A stretch of 64,000 bases of DNA from a phage, in NCBI GenBank assembly GCA_027263115.1, contig GCA_027263115.1_3656.1; one strand, written 5' to 3'. The notes under the pieces were generated by a model. The model had not been told where the DNA came from. It did not search any database and saw only the letters and a list, made by a program, of their open reading frames with translations. Made by a program: the position numbers and the translations under genes. Positions 19,397-29,130 of the stretch are shown here, piece after piece (the first letter of the stretch is position 1; every line of letters starts with the position of its first letter).

Positions 19397-20171
19397 AGAC
19401 AGCAAATTGAAATTTATCTACAAAGAACACTACCACAAAGGTGTTGTGTGGAGCCTATTTGACGGATCTGGTGGTGCAGTCATTGACTGGGCAAAAGCTG
19501 GATATCTGTGCCTGTGCTTTAACGCAGAAGGTGCTGACCACGGCAGTTATGCAGAGGTGATCACCGATCATCCAAATATTCACTATGTAGATTATTGGAT
19601 TGATCCATGGTTCCCTCAGGAAACTTTCTGCATGTACCCAGCTCCGGACTTTGTTCTTGCATTTCCTCCGTGCACCCACTTAGCGGTGTCAGGTGCTGCA
19701 CACTTTAAGAAGAAGCTGGCTAAGGACCCGTTGATCCAGATTAATGCTGTAAAGGATGCTCGGGTTGCAGAAGAGTTGGGAGAGATTTACGATTGCCCGT
19801 GGCATGTAGAGAATCCTGTGGGTGTTATGTCCACACTGTGGCGCAAACCTGATTACCGTTTTCACCCTTCTGACTATGGCGGGTATTTACCGGAGGATGA
19901 TGTAAACCCCTGGTTTCCTGAATTTATAGCTCCACGTGATGCCTATCCAAAAATAACTTGCGGCTGGATAGGTAAGGGATTTATAATCCCGGCCACAAAA
20001 CCTGTCCCGCAAATAGTTGACGCGGTTAGCGGGTATTCCATGCAACACGCCAAGCTGGGTGGAAAGAGTGCAAGAACGAAGATGATCCGAAGCCTCACAC
20101 CACGTGGCTGGGCAAAAGCCGTATTCTTAGCAAACGAGCCTGTAGTAAGGAGCAGAATTAATGGGAAGTAA
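19397..20171 (+). CDS. putative DNA cytosine-5 methyltransferase-like protein
   Basis: FDGSGG (motif I-like), PPC...SG (motif IV-like) and ENPVG (ENV motif VI); probable TTG start 7 nt after AGGAGA, track GTG start lies inside the terminator. Confidence 0.55.
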
Positions 20172-22239
20172 ATTTATGGCATCTGCATACAACCGTTTCG
20201 GTGAGCCAAACCCGAAAGCAACTAAGTATAAAAGTGGGGGAAGTGTGAAACGAGACTATCGTGATGAAAAAGAGGTTGAAACTGTAGAGACTGTTTTAGA
20301 AAATACTAAAATTGTCCCTGTTCCACAACAAAATATCGGTCTGATGGCTGCACAATATTTTGGTGTGCGATCAGCATTGTCTCAAGAAGACGGTGTGACA
20401 GTTACTGCAACATATTTCCCATATTACGACCGCTACGGAAATCTGTCAGGTTTCAAAAAGCGTGACTGGACGATTCCTAAAGAGCAAAGGGGCCATTTCT
20501 CAGTTGTTGGCATAGTAAAGGCTAACTCCCAGATGTTTGGTCAAAAGCTGTGTGCATCTTCCAACAACCGTAAGCAGATTAATGTTTGTGAGGGAGAAGG
20601 TGATGTTATTGCAGCATGGCAGGCTGCATATCAAATACAAGTAAAAGGGATTCTCACCAACGCTAAAGCCCCGGCAAAGGTGAAACAGTGGGCTAAAGAG
20701 GTCCAGGACGGGATCGATGCAGTTATCAACGGGGGTGATTTGGCAGGAAAACCCTGCCTGCCTTTTGTCGGAATTAACTGTGGATGTGCAAACGCAGTAG
20801 ATACTTTTGCAAACAATGAGAAATTTATCCGTAGCTACGGAACAGTGGTCCTTGCAATGGACAACGATGCGGCTAACGAGGTAGAGAAGCAAAAACACGT
20901 TATCAAAGGTGTTGAAGCCACACATAATATTGCAGCATTTTTGATGGCTGACAACGTTTACCACGTGGAATATCCTGGCGAGGTAAACGACCCTGATGGT
21001 GTAAAAGATATCCGTGACATGCTGAAGGCTAAAAAGCTGGAAGATATTGTAAACATGTTCCGGCATCCTGTTAAGTATGTGCCTGATGCTGTGTCGGATT
21101 TAGAAGACTTCTCTATCGAATCTTTGCGGAAAAAGACTTCCAACGGGGTAGATATCAGCGCAGAGTTTCCAAAACTGCAAAAAATGCTAAAAGGCTTGCA
21201 CAAAGGGACACTCGTAATGCTTACAGGTCCATCAGGAGGTGGTAAAACAACTGTAGCCAAAAAACTGGAACACTGTATTGCAAGATACCTAATGGACCCG
21301 ACATGTCCAAAGGCCGATGACTACGAAGAGGATGATCGTCTATGCATGATTCATCTTGAGGAGGACCCAGAGGAAGCAATTAACTCCTTGTATGCAAACC
21401 AGTTAGGGTTTGATGTTAAAGAGTTTGTTGAAGATCCTAGCCAGTTTTTAACTGATCAAGAACATGCAGAGATTCACCAATCATGGGCAAAAGCTGGAAA
21501 AATCAAAGTGTTCAAACATTTCGGGTCTATTCCAGTGGACGAGTTGATTACCAAGCTTAAGCAAATGGTCTGCCTGTACCATTGTCGCTATATTGTGCTG
21601 GATCACCTGTCTATGGTAATTTCAGGGCTTAATGTTAAAGATGAGCGAAAAGAACTGGACATGGCTATGACTCAGCTGGCTGCGTTTTGTAAGCAGTTTA
21701 ACGTGTTTATCTTGGTGATCGCTCACCTCAAACGTACAGAGATTGTGCCTCCTAAGGACAAGGATGGTAACCCATTACCTTTCTGGTATCCTGTGCGAAA
21801 AGAGAATTTGCGAGGATCGGCTGGGCTTGAACAGTTGAGTTGGGTAGTCATAGGTGTCGAGGCCGAAGAAATGGTGGATCGTTCTCGTGGGCGTGTCCGT
21901 CTGGTAGGTCTTAAAAACCGTCCAGCAAAAACTTTAGGTATTGCTGACACTTTAGTTATGGACCCACATACAGGTAAGTTCCATGATGCCAGTAATTGGT
22001 ACTGGGACAAAGAAATGCAGATGTTTACAGACGGAGAAGGTGGGGAGGTTGTTTGGAGACCTCAGGCCATGTTTGAGGACCAAGAGCATGCAGTTGTAGA
22101 AACACCTATGGGCAAGGTTGTAGCCGATAAGGTTGTAACTCCTACTATTAAGCCTGTTGACACGCAGGAAGACCTCCAGTACGATGATCCATCCTCTGAT
22201 CCGGTCCCCGGTTTTGAGGGTGATGAAACACCTTTTTAA
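20161..22239 (+). CDS. DNA primase-helicase (Toprim plus DnaB-like helicase)
   Basis: Toprim-like EGEGD and MDNDAANE in the N-terminal half; Walker A GPSGGGKTT and Walker B IVLDHLS in the C-terminal half; acidic tail. Confidence 0.75.
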   Translation: MGSKFMASAYNRFGEPNPKATKYKSGGSVKRDYRDEKEVETVETVLENTKIVPVPQQNIGLMAAQYFGVRSALSQEDGVTVTATYFPYYDRYGNLSGFKKRDWTIPKEQRGHFSVVGIVKANSQMFGQKLCASSNNRKQINVCEGEGDVIAAWQAAYQIQVKGILTNAKAPAKVKQWAKEVQDGIDAVINGGDLAGKPCLPFVGINCGCANAVDTFANNEKFIRSYGTVVLAMDNDAANEVEKQKHVIKGVEATHNIAAFLMADNVYHVEYPGEVNDPDGVKDIRDMLKAKKLEDIVNMFRHPVKYVPDAVSDLEDFSIESLRKKTSNGVDISAEFPKLQKMLKGLHKGTLVMLTGPSGGGKTTVAKKLEHCIARYLMDPTCPKADDYEEDDRLCMIHLEEDPEEAINSLYANQLGFDVKEFVEDPSQFLTDQEHAEIHQSWAKAGKIKVFKHFGSIPVDELITKLKQMVCLYHCRYIVLDHLSMVISGLNVKDERKELDMAMTQLAAFCKQFNVFILVIAHLKRTEIVPPKDKDGNPLPFWYPVRKENLRGSAGLEQLSWVVIGVEAEEMVDRSRGRVRLVGLKNRPAKTLGIADTLVMDPHTGKFHDASNWYWDKEMQMFTDGEGGEVVWRPQAMFEDQEHAVVETPMGKVVADKVVTPTIKPVDTQEDLQYDDPSSDPVPGFEGDETPF

Positions 22240-22297
22240 TGTTTAACAAAGAGTGGGAGGGGTAGTACAACCGCCTCCCCTTTAAGGAGAACTGTAT

Positions 22298-24721
22298 ATG
22301 AGCATGTGGTCGTTCGACTTTGAGTCATCCGGTTTGCTGGAAGACCCAGATCTTTATTATCACTGCGGCCTGTTTAAAGAGCTGAATAAGAACCGTTTTA
22401 TGCTGTTCCTTCCTCTAAATGACCGCACACACTACTCCGAGGAGGATATAGAAAAGGCTAAGAACTTCATTCTGGCAAAGAAAACTCTTTATAAAGATTT
22501 TGAAGTTCGCATAGCAGATTTTTCAGAGTTGGAAGGTTGGCTTACAGGAAATTCTGACTGGTCACCAACAGCTTTGAACTGCCATAACTGCTACAGTTAT
22601 GACTTTATGCTGATGGAAAGATTATCTGGTATTCATTTTGATATGTTCCGTGATCCTAAATGTATGGGGACTATCAACGATCACCAGGTTAACCTGTTTG
22701 ATACGTTGGCGATGAGCCGAATCTTGTGGCCTGATCGCCCTTTACCAAAAGGTTGTCCGGACTCTGTATTCAACCCGGTTACTAAGAAAATGCAGCCTGT
22801 TGGTCCTCACGGCCTTATGGCATGGGGCTACGCCCTTGGTAACCAGAAAGTTCAAATTGATGACTGGCGCGATCTTCCGTTATGGAAGTATGTGGATCGT
22901 GTATTTGAGGACGTTATCATCCAGGAGCTGCTCTGGAAAGAGCTGGTAGCGGAATCAAAAGGTGTATTCTACGGCAAATCTGACATGCAGAACTTTATGT
23001 ACGATCCTGCCAAAGAGAAGCCGAAAGGGTTCAAGAAGATCACCTGGAAGAACGCATTACGTCGAGGCATGTTGCAGCACTTCCTGATGGAGCTGCAGGC
23101 CCGTCAGGGTGTATACTTCGACATAGATGGAGCTATTGCTTTACGTGACCGTTGCGATGCGTGGATGAAAGAAATCGCTGATCGTGTTGAACCACAACTG
23201 CCTTTAAAAGAGCTGTCAATGTCTCAGCGGCCCAAGTTCCCTGAAAAGCCGTTTAACCAAGATGGGACAATCTCTAATAATGGTTGGAAATGGTTAAAAG
23301 ATAAGCTTGGCTATCCTGTGGACATGAGTGCTTTAGAGTTCAAAGCCCCACCTAAGCGAGCATTTACCTCTACAGGAGATGTCAGTAAGATGGGGATAAA
23401 ATGGTGTGAAGAGATGGGCTGCAAAGACCACGATAAGATGGCTGATTTCTTGAGAGGCTATATTAAGGGCACCTCCACACCACAACCTTTACCTAAAGAG
23501 CTAATGGATCAGGCAATAAGTGATCTACAGCAGAAGCGAATGCCGGACTGCAAGATACCTATGAAAATCAGCAATCAGGACGACATTAAGCGATACCTGA
23601 TCAGTGCTGGTTGGCTTCCGACAATGTGGAGAACTAAGGATGTAACTAAAGACAGCAAGAAGAAAGCTTTACCTGATGCAGATGTTGATGCACGAGTATA
23701 TGCATATATGGACGAGCTTTTGGAGTCAGAGTATTGTGACCTAATTATCAACTTCTGGAACAAAACTGATGCTAAGTTCCAGACAACCGTGCACAAGTTC
23801 CGAAGCTTTCCTAACTCCGAAAGGATTAAAAAGGAAGTATTCGGGAAAATACGTAGAAAAGCTAGGGCACTTATTACTTCTCCGCAACTGAAAGATACGT
23901 TTGGACACCTGTGTCCGAATCTTGAAAAATTGAACGGAGAGATGGCTAAAGATATCGTCTTATGGTTATCATTGCGAAACCGCAGATCGGTACTTGATCC
24001 AATCAAGGAGGATAAGGTTGACACTGGTCTTCTTAATCACCCACGTTTGAAGATTGACCATAAGCTTCCTGCTAAAAGCTCTGGATTAACAAACACTTCC
24101 AGACAGAAACACAGTATTTGTGCAAACATGCCTAAACCCTCTCCTAAAGTGGTTATGGGTAAAGAGATGCGTAGCTTGTGGGGTGTTCCTCCAGGATACT
24201 TTGAGATCGGTATCGACGGGTCCAACTTAGAGCAGCTTATCGGGGCTTGGGGTGCCTTTGAGTTCGACAACGGCCTGTATTACGATGTTGTAAGTAACGG
24301 AGACGCACACCAAAACAATGCTGAGGCATATACAAAAGTAGCAGGCAGAGAGGTGTCCCGTAACGACGGTAAACCTATCACGTATGGGGTTATGTACGGG
24401 GCACAAAAAGATAAAGTTGCAGATATGCTGGACATCTCTCCAGAGTTGGGACAAAGGGTAATCGATGCGCTTTGGGATGCCAACCCTGGTCTTAAGGGCC
24501 GTAAAGAGGATCTGGAGAAATTCTGGGAAGCAACGGGTAAGAAGTTTATCTACTCTTTTGATGGTCATGCCATCTGGACCCGATCTAAACACTCTTTACT
24601 TAATGCATACCAACAGAATGGTGGTGCATCGCTGTGTGACTTGGTTGGGATACTTATGCACCACCAAATGGTGAAGCGTGGGTGGTACGATGAAGGTGTT
24701 CGTCGTATTATTTATTACCAT
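22298..24721 (+). CDS. family A DNA polymerase, exon 1 (3-5 exonuclease and polymerase motifs A and B)
   Basis: T7-like exo motif DFESSGLL...HCG, HGLMAWGYALG, motif B RNDGKPITYGVMYG; exon end placed at 24721 after His codon. Confidence 0.8.
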
Positions 24722-25564
24722 AAATAACATTGTGGCTTCATAGAGTGATCTATGTCGAATAACCTCTTTAATTGACGGGAAAGCTAAGTTGACTTTTACA
24801 CCTGAGTATGGTAAAAGCTCAATATGCTAATCCGCAGCGAAGACTAAAGGGGTGTAGTTAAAATGGCTAGAACAGCTGATTATCACGGGTATACCGTGTT
24901 TGATGATGGAACAATACCTTTATCGAAACGTGATCATACAACAATGTTTTGTTTTGATAATGGTAGAGGTTACCTTTGCGTAACCATGCTAATCGAGGGG
25001 AAGCAGTGCACAAAAGGTGTCCACCACCTGGTTGCTGAATGCTTTGTATCAAACCCAGATCCTGAAAGGCTCACATGGGTGAACCATAAGGATGGGAATA
25101 AGTACAACAATGCATACTGGAACCTGGAATGGACCACCCCTGGTGGAAATATCAAGCACGCCTATGATAATGACCTCAGAGTAAGGCCAGTTGGTGAGTA
25201 TAATGCCAACGCTGTGCTGACAGAAGATGAGGTAATAGAGATTTGCGAACTGTTGCAGAGTGGTCTACGACAATGCGAGATTAGGGATCTTGGATATCCT
25301 TATGAGACCGTCAGGGCTATAAAGCAAAGAAGACAGTGGAAACATATCTCTAAAAACTACACCTGGTAGTAACGTTCAGAGACTATCGAAAGCATAGCTC
25401 CAACACAGGTTGGTGTGAAGAAGCGAGTAGAGTAGGCCAGCAAGTGCGGTCGAAATGGGAGGTGCCTTGTTACCAAGGCAGTGAGGTAGTCCGATCCATA
25501 CAGGAAACTGTATGGCTATGCACGTAATGGTGCGGGGTAGCTTAACGACCTACCTGAACAGATG
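24722..25564 (+). mobile_element. group I self-splicing intron with embedded homing endonuclease ORF
   Basis: P element aattgacgggaaag (24770-24783), Q aatccgcagc (24839-24848), R gttcagagacta (25374-25385), S tagtcc (25487-25492); 5-prime exon ends in U, intron ends in G; 843 nt, multiple of 3. Confidence 0.75.
24863..25369 (+). CDS. HNH homing endonuclease (intron-encoded)
   Basis: HHLVAECF and VNHKDGNKYNNAYWNLEW match the HNH_3 family; own RBS. Confidence 0.85.
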   Translation: MARTADYHGYTVFDDGTIPLSKRDHTTMFCFDNGRGYLCVTMLIEGKQCTKGVHHLVAECFVSNPDPERLTWVNHKDGNKYNNAYWNLEWTTPGGNIKHAYDNDLRVRPVGEYNANAVLTEDEVIEICELLQSGLRQCEIRDLGYPYETVRAIKQRRQWKHISKNYTW

Positions 25565-25918
25565 GATGAGTACCAACTTCAGGTCCCTGACACGCCTAAG
25601 TATAAGACTGTGTACACCTTCGACACAATTGAAGAACTGGAAGCATTTAAGGCAGAGCAGGAAGCCAAACTTCATGTGTTCGACGGTCATAAGTACAAAA
25701 AGGCACGCAAGGATGAGGACGGAAACGAAGTGGTTGACAGAGATGGAAACACGGTGTACGATCCTATCCTGAACGATGACGGAAAGCTTGAACTTATCTG
25801 GAGCCCTGTGGGTGAAATGGTGGTGCATTGCTTCTGGCAAGCTTCTAAAATGATGGGCGTCCCGTTCCAGATCACAGGTGAATACCTGTGTGGTCGTAAT
25901 TGGGGGGATTGTCACTAA
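25565..25918 (+). CDS. family A DNA polymerase, exon 2 (motif C Asp-Glu and C-terminus)
   Basis: begins DEYQLQV giving spliced ...YYHDEYQLQV (motif C); ends GRNWGDCH like T7 GPNWAICH and Pol I GENWDQAH as recalled. Confidence 0.7.
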   Translation, partial: DEYQLQVPDTPKYKTVYTFDTIEELEAFKAEQEAKLHVFDGHKYKKARKDEDGNEVVDRDGNTVYDPILNDDGKLELIWSPVGEMVVHCFWQASKMMGVPFQITGEYLCGRNWGDCH

Positions 25919-25967
25919 TGTAAACTATCAACACATGGAAGTGTTGTTGAGCAAAGAGGAGACTTTT

Positions 25968-26285
25968 ATGGTAGTAGAACCAACAAAAACATTTACATCC
26001 ATGACTATCCCTGTTATTATGCAGGTGGAGTGTGTTCAGGTATCTCAAGTGTGGCCAGGCACTAAAATCCCAACAGGGCCTGATTTCTTTCAGGTTGGGA
26101 AAGTGTACAATGTCTGGAAGGCACCAGATTGTCACCCTTTCATTAAAGAGAAGGCACCAAATTGCTACCCTTTCATCAAAGATGACCGTGGAATGCTGTG
26201 GTATCTTGGAAATGATTTGACACTGCACCTTGGGAATGCTATTATTGCAGTATTCAGACTTAACAAGAAGGAGACTGATCAATGA
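25968..26285 (+). CDS. hypothetical protein with internal tandem repeat
   Basis: AAAGAGGAG RBS; KAPDCHPFIKEKAPNCYPFIKDD internal duplication. Confidence 0.5.
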   Translation: MVVEPTKTFTSMTIPVIMQVECVQVSQVWPGTKIPTGPDFFQVGKVYNVWKAPDCHPFIKEKAPNCYPFIKDDRGMLWYLGNDLTLHLGNAIIAVFRLNKKETDQ

Positions 26286-26509
26286 CGACTTTGGTTAAAG
26301 CTACCTTTGTAGAAGAAAAGATGACAGACCTGTCATTCTTTAAAGAAGGAAAGACCTACGAGGTTTATTACGATAAAGCTCGTGCAAACAAGATGATTAA
26401 AGACGAGGAAGGGATTGCCTGGTTTATCTCCCATCTGGCAAACGGTGAGTATCATATCTACGGAACCACCCTGCTTGCCAAGTTTGTAGCTGTTGAAGAG
26501 GACCTATGA
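26282..26509 (+). CDS. hypothetical protein
   Basis: 75-aa ORF, ATGA overlap. Confidence 0.5.
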   Translation: MTTLVKATFVEEKMTDLSFFKEGKTYEVYYDKARANKMIKDEEGIAWFISHLANGEYHIYGTTLLAKFVAVEEDL

Positions 26510-26700
26510 AAGTAAAGTATCTGGCTGAGGGTATGAGTAGGTATTTCACCCTTGGTGAAGAATATTGGCCCTTTACAAGCAACGGCGATGTCTACGTGAA
26601 AGATAATTTCGGCACGCCGTGGTTTCTGCACCCTAATGGGCTGGGATACTCCATTTACTGCGGTGCAGTGAACAACACAACACTTGCAGAGTTTGTATAG
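26506..26700 (+). CDS. hypothetical protein
   Basis: 64-aa ORF, ATGA overlap. Confidence 0.5.
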   Translation: MKVKYLAEGMSRYFTLGEEYWPFTSNGDVYVKDNFGTPWFLHPNGLGYSIYCGAVNNTTLAEFV

Positions 26701-26710
26701 AGGAGGTAGA

Positions 26711-27082
26711 ATGTTAGTAAAAGGTACCCACACAGTCAAACAACGTATTGAAGTTGAGATTGATGACTGCGAGCTGAAGCATATTTTACGGTCATGCTCC
26801 AACGTTTTGCTCCTTAGCATTCTTCAGGAGCGAGCAGAGAACGAGTTCTTAAATGCACTGGCAGGCCGTCCTGGTGACTTCTGTGTGCGTAAGCGTGGTG
26901 ACAACAAGTCATGGCTGTGGGAAATCGATGCCGACTGGGATTACCACAAAAATGAGGGTATAGATGAGCCTATTCGTGAACTGACTGACAAAGAGATTCA
27001 GATGTACAATGAAGTTTGTCATTGGGCAACACGCCAACAAATTTACCTAGACCCTGTGTGGCTGATTGAAAATAGCCATTGA
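26711..27082 (+). CDS. hypothetical protein
   Basis: ATG after AGAGGAGG RBS; track start 26684 less likely. Confidence 0.5.
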   Translation: MLVKGTHTVKQRIEVEIDDCELKHILRSCSNVLLLSILQERAENEFLNALAGRPGDFCVRKRGDNKSWLWEIDADWDYHKNEGIDEPIRELTDKEIQMYNEVCHWATRQQIYLDPVWLIENSH

Positions 27083-27107
27083 CAAGAAGTAAGATTAGAT
27101 ATAAGAT
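27079..27107 (+). promoter_or_regulatory. sigma70-type promoter
   Basis: TTGACA-17nt-TAAGAT upstream of the 27159 gene. Confidence 0.5.
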
Positions 27108-27158
27108 GCTTCGCACAAACAGAGTGTTGATTTTTAAATAACTAAGGAGACTGCTAAG

Positions 27159-27413
27159 ATGAAAATTACTTTGAAGTCAGAATGCGTTGCAAATGACCGA
27201 GCTTTTAAAGATTGCACAGTCGGTGCAATTTATGAAGCAGAGTTTTGTGAGAACCCTCTGGTAAAAGCCCTCCTGGAAGAAGGGGCCCCTTTATCACAAG
27301 AAGAGATCGATGAGCTGGAAAACTCAGCACAGTGCCTTACCTTTAAAGATGATGAAGGAGACTCTGTCTGGTGCACTGTTAATGAAGTAGTTTTTGTAAA
27401 ACCTGAACATTAA
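27159..27413 (+). CDS. small protein, paralog of 27478-27737
   Basis: 84 aa; shares AFKDCT and DDEGDSVWCT-type motifs with the next gene. Confidence 0.55.
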   Translation: MKITLKSECVANDRAFKDCTVGAIYEAEFCENPLVKALLEEGAPLSQEEIDELENSAQCLTFKDDEGDSVWCTVNEVVFVKPEH

Positions 27414-27416
27414 TAC

Positions 27417-27445
27417 TTGACAACAGTGATGGAGCCTAATATAAT
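27417..27445 (+). promoter_or_regulatory. sigma70-type promoter
   Basis: TTGACA-17nt-TATAAT; lies inside the track ORF 27417-27737, indicating the real start is the downstream ATG. Confidence 0.65.
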
Positions 27446-27477
27446 GGCCCTATCAAAACGAAAGGGGACCACAGCAA

Positions 27478-27737
27478 TGACCAAACAATACCAACGAATT
27501 AAAGCCAAGGTTAAGCCAGACTATCTGGAGAAAGACTCTGCTTTTCGGGACTGCACAGCCGACAAAGTTTACACAGGGGCTGTCCTGTTGAACGATAAAC
27601 TTGAAGTAGATGTGCTGGGTAAAGAGGCCGTTATCGAGGATGACAACGGTGACTGTGTTTTCTGCACCACACGGGAGCTAGAAGTCTTAGAATACTTCGG
27701 TGAAATCTTCAACTCTTTAGACGACGAGGAAGCGTGA
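27478..27737 (+). CDS. small protein, paralog of 27159-27413
   Basis: ATG after AAAGGGGA RBS; AFRDCT and DDNGDCVFCT motifs. Confidence 0.55.
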
Positions 27738-28126
27738 TGAAAAATATTTGGGATATTGATATCTTTGAAGCCTCTAAGCTTGACGGTGCTGATGGAGTTA
27801 TTATGGTGTCTGATGGCAAGGCAACACTAACTTCCGGAGATATCATCTATGCCTTGGACGAGCTGGCGCTTCTGAAATCTACCGGTAACACTTTAGAGGA
27901 GCGTCTTCAAGGCTTCGCCTTCAAAGAAGGCACAAATACCGCCATGATGTGCACCACACGGACAGTTCAGGTTGGTAACGGTGTCTATATGATCATTGCG
28001 GTGTGTCCTAAATTCAGCAACGTCAATAAAGATGATGCTGACGCTGTCAACGATGTGGTTGTTCTCTTCGTAGGTGACGCTATGGCAGACCTGATGAATG
28101 CAGGAGAAGCGGCAAATGAAGACTGA
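27734..28126 (+). CDS. hypothetical protein
   Basis: 130-aa ORF, ATGA overlap. Confidence 0.5.
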   Translation: MMKNIWDIDIFEASKLDGADGVIMVSDGKATLTSGDIIYALDELALLKSTGNTLEERLQGFAFKEGTNTAMMCTTRTVQVGNGVYMIIAVCPKFSNVNKDDADAVNDVVVLFVGDAMADLMNAGEAANED

Positions 28127-28418
28127 AAACATTACCCCAGCAGGGTTCTTAAAAGTATACCGTGAACTGCTATATACTACAGAGGACAGTGTTCTAGAGT
28201 ATCCAGAATATCTTTTGCTGTATAAGTATCTGCAGGAGGCTGGTGAAAATCTGCCAGTTAGTGCAGAAGGTGGTCCGAACTGGATATACAGCGCATGGAG
28301 AAAGGTTGACATTCTCCCAGATCCAGGTAAAGATATGGTAGTTTGGCAGCTTATCAACAACATTGGGATTCCAATCTTTGATGAAGCTGTTAAAATCTAT
28401 TTTGAACTTGACGATTAA
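28116..28418 (+). CDS. hypothetical protein
   Basis: ORF; start uncertain between 28098 and 28116. Confidence 0.45.
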   Translation: MKTENITPAGFLKVYRELLYTTEDSVLEYPEYLLLYKYLQEAGENLPVSAEGGPNWIYSAWRKVDILPDPGKDMVVWQLINNIGIPIFDEAVKIYFELDD

Positions 28419-28435
28419 TATCAGGAGACCTTAAG

Positions 28436-28681
28436 ATGACTGAAGTAGTTGCTCGCGCAGGACAGAAAGTACGTTGTGTTGAAGTAGGTTTTGGTGGCAA
28501 AGGGTGTCAAAACTTGACTCAAGGTAAGGAATACGCTGTTATTTCTGGTGGTGGCGACGAAAGTATTGTGTTCGAGGGCCACATCCTGGATGCTGAAAAC
28601 TTTGAAATCTTTGACGACGATGGGGATCCGATCACCTGCCTGCTGGACGGGAATTGGGGAACTTTCGAAGTGATTGGCTAA
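28436..28681 (+). CDS. hypothetical protein
   Basis: 81-aa ORF with CAGGAGA RBS. Confidence 0.55.
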   Translation: MTEVVARAGQKVRCVEVGFGGKGCQNLTQGKEYAVISGGGDESIVFEGHILDAENFEIFDDDGDPITCLLDGNWGTFEVIG

Positions 28682-28764
28682 CAAATACCTATTGTAATTT
28701 GCAGAAGGGGATGCTAAAATAGTGTCTCCTTCTATGTTGTTCAAATAAAATCGGAGATTCCATA

Positions 28765-29130
28765 ATGGAACAAATGAACGATCAAGCGTCGGTTGCGATG
28801 AACGAGCAAGAACAACCTCAAGAATTTTTCTTAGGGTTAAGTAAAGATCAAGTGTCTCTTCTACTAGTGCTTTCTTCTTTCATGGGAAGACTTCAGGAGC
28901 TCACACAACAACCAGAGGCTGAACAATTATTTCAAGCTCTGCGTGAAGAAGAAAAATATCGTCGTTTGGACTATGCCTTAGGTTGGGTAGCTCAACAACG
29001 AGATATGCTGATGGCCCTCTCTGGGACCACAAGTTTTGCAATGGGGCTGTTGGCTCAAGTTCAGGACAAATTAATTCAAGCAGGGTTTGCACACACGGCA
29101 AACACTAACGAAGAACAAGGAGACAAATAA
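28765..29130 (+). CDS. hypothetical protein
   Basis: 121-aa ORF. Confidence 0.5.
   Translation: MEQMNDQASVAMNEQEQPQEFFLGLSKDQVSLLLVLSSFMGRLQELTQQPEAEQLFQALREEEKYRRLDYALGWVAQQRDMLMALSGTTSFAMGLLAQVQDKLIQAGFAHTANTNEEQGDK

Noticed and set aside
97-24592. Numerous antisense or alternative-frame ORFs overlapping the main genes (for example 97-438, 5083-5571, 20500-21066, 23575-24024, 24227-24592)
   Set aside because: They overlap longer, motif-bearing ORFs on the opposite strand or another frame, lack RBSs and run against the local direction of transcription; treated as shadow ORFs.
24728-25561. Alternative reading of the polymerase interruption as an intein or as two independent polymerase subunit genes
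   Set aside because: The first ORF ends with a stop codon and the insert carries group I intron P, Q, R and S elements and a free-standing HNH ORF with its own RBS; the second ORF has no RBS and its conserved part starts exactly where splicing would restore HDE.
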